This document shows, piece by piece, positions 62,238-64,000 of a stretch of 64,000 nucleotides of DNA (positions are counted from its first letter, which is position 1; each line of letters begins with the position of its first letter). A model generated the notes under the pieces. It did not search any database. It saw only the letters and a list, made by a program, of their open reading frames with translations, and had not been told where the DNA came from. This DNA is from Felis catus. Taxonomy: Eukaryota. The DNA lies in contig NC_058386.1 of assembly GCF_018350175.1 (NCBI RefSeq), forward strand, positions 10,726,001 through 10,790,000, read 5' to 3'. The position numbers were made by a program, and so were the translations under genes.

Positions 62238-63094
62238 ACGTCCGCGCTGCGTTCTACGCCACGTGGGGAACTGTCGCGAGATGAGGCTCCGCCTCCCGGG
62301 GCGGAGCGTCGGGATGGCTGGAGACGGGCAGGGGGCGGGACGGCTGTACCTGCGCCGACCGGTGTGGCGGGGCCGGAAGGGGAGGGTCGTTTCTGCGCCC
62401 CCTTTGTCCCCGCGCCACTTCCTTGACTCTCGGCTTTTCGCCCTTCGCTCAGCTCCGTCGTCTCCCCACTCCTGTCCTTAGATAGCCTTTCCTCTTTTTT
62501 GAAAAACTAGAACGGCTAGAGGTCGTGGCCCAGGAGGAGGCGCCCAGCTTTTGGAAATAGCCACCGAAATCTAGTCCGACTGTGATTCTAGCATTTAGCT
62601 TATTAACCTTCCGAGCCTCGGGTTCTTGCCCATAAGATGCGAATAATCCCTCGTGCCCAGTGCCTGGTGCCGTATAGCAGACCAGAATTAGTACACATTA
62701 ACCTGATTTGTATCACAGTCATTGTCAGCGACACCTGTCCTGTTAGCATCGCAGGGGGACTCATGAACAACCGAGCAAAACCCACTGGGGTAATTTGGAA
62801 AACCACGGCAAGAACCCTAAAAGGGGAATAATTTGTCCCGGAATTTTCACTTCTGGGAATTAATTCCGAGGCAAAACAGACGTTAAGCCAGATGTTCATT
62901 ACAGAATTATTTTTAAAAGTGAAAACCAAACAACTATAAATACCTTAATAAGAGGAGATACCTCAGTCAGTGAGACTCTACCCGTGGCGAGGATGTTATT
63001 ACCACGTTATTCCTGTACCACAGAAGAATCGCACAGTATGGAAGATTAACGAATAGGTACTGGATGCCTACTATGTGTGAGGTATTATTCTACA

Positions 63095-63600
63095 TCTGCG
63101 CGGTCCATCGAAGTCACTAGACACACGTGGCTGTTGAGAGCTTGCAATGTGGTAGTCTGAACTGAGGTATGCCGTAAGGGTAGATCACAGTGGATTTTGA
63201 AGATTTATTATGAGACAAAGAATGTAGAATATCTCATTTTACTAATAACATGTTAGGGAAGGACTGTTGAGATAAAAGGAGGTTAAAATTAATTGCACCT
63301 TTGTTTTTTTTTTACTTTGTTAATGTGACTGCTAGAACGTTTAAAATTTTTTATTTATTTATTTTTGAGAGAGAGAGAACGCGAGCAGGGGAAGGGCAGA
63401 GACAGAGAGGGAGACAGAGAATGCCAAGCGGGAGCTAGACGCGGGGCTCAAGCTCAAAACGGTGCGATCTTGACCTGAGAGAAAATCAAGAGTCTGAGGA
63501 TTAACCGAGGGGTCACCCGGGCGCCCCACTGCTAGAACATTTGAAATGATCTGTGTCCTATGCGTCATATGTTTATATATTTCTATTGAACAATGGTATT
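63095..63600. mobile_element. MER33-like MITE split by a SINE
   Basis: cactagacacacgtggctgttgag...ttaatgtgactgctagaac...tttctattgaacaatg. Confidence 0.7.
63343..63527 (-). mobile_element. CAN-SINE inserted in a MER33-like MITE
   Basis: TSD actgctagaacgttt / actgctagaacattt. Confidence 0.88.
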
Positions 63601-64000
63601 CTATTTACCAGATATACAGTGGTGAACAAGACAGGTTTTGACCTCATAAAAGTAACACTATTGAGTGGGGTACAGACAATAAACAGATAAATAATGTCAT
63701 TGTGTATCTCAGTTCAGTGACAAGCATAAAGCAGGATAAGGGCCAGAAAGGGTGTATATATTGAGGGGAGTTATTTTAGATGGGATTCTTCCTCCCCTGT
63801 TCAGAAAATGGATGTGGGAGGAATGAAGTGTGTATAGATAGAATGGGAAGGGGGATGGCAGGAGAGTGGTGTCTTCTGGGCAAAGTCAGATATGGATTGA
63901 GGCTGATAGATCGGTTGGGCCTGCTGGAATCTCTGCCTTAGGGAAGAAACCACATCGGGACAGGAAGAAAAGAGAGAAGAGGGGTAAGATACCGGAGAGA

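Larger units (their letters stand above)
61700..62480 (-). promoter_or_regulatory. CpG-island housekeeping promoter of GEMIN8
   Basis: High GC and CpG. Inverted ETS sites ACTTCCGG 62173-62180 and CCGGAAGT 62204-62211, E-boxes TCACGTGA 62187-62194 and CACGTG 62260-62265, GC boxes GGGGCGG near 62297 and 62332, (GCC)n tract. No obvious TATA box. Confidence 0.85.

Noticed and set aside
62054-62239. MAAAAAAA... ORF in the promoter as the GEMIN8 start
   Set aside because: Begins at GTG in the (GCC)n tract and is out of frame with the downstream coding exons.
1-64000. CRISPR arrays, operons or a novel multi-gene system
   Set aside because: Mammalian DNA; recurring sequences are explained by dispersed retroposons and there is no repeat-spacer array.

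Overview
Mammalian genomic DNA from a cat-family (Felidae) genome, judged from roughly 45 carnivore tRNA-derived CAN-SINEs, including near-consensus feline SINEC_Fc copies. The only protein-coding gene I can support is GEMIN8 (SMN complex subunit) on the minus strand. Its coding exons are 54013-54002, 53433-52995 and 43097-42841, giving 708 nt and 235 aa. Candidate 5'UTR exons lie at about 62170-62058 and 58629-58546. There is a CpG-island promoter near 62.2 kb and an ATTAAA poly(A) signal at 42596-42591. Positions 1-42.5 kb are intergenic; by human Xp22 synteny this should be the GPM6B-GEMIN8 interval, but that is not visible in the sequence. This interval is filled with SINEs, L1/L2/MIR relics, MaLR/ERVL LTRs and hAT/Tigger MITEs, and has three N gaps. 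I see no new multi-gene system. The best leads are (1) an apparent L1 3'-transduction of about 1.3 kb of unique DNA nested inside an older L1MC, (2) extreme GC3 (82/85 codons) in the last GEMIN8 exon, suggesting GC-biased gene conversion, (3) an in-frame upstream AUG that could add 25 aa to GEMIN8, (4) a young-looking Tigger-type MITE, and (5) very recent or serially inserted SINEs. Repeat family names and repeat boundaries were assigned by eye and are approximate.
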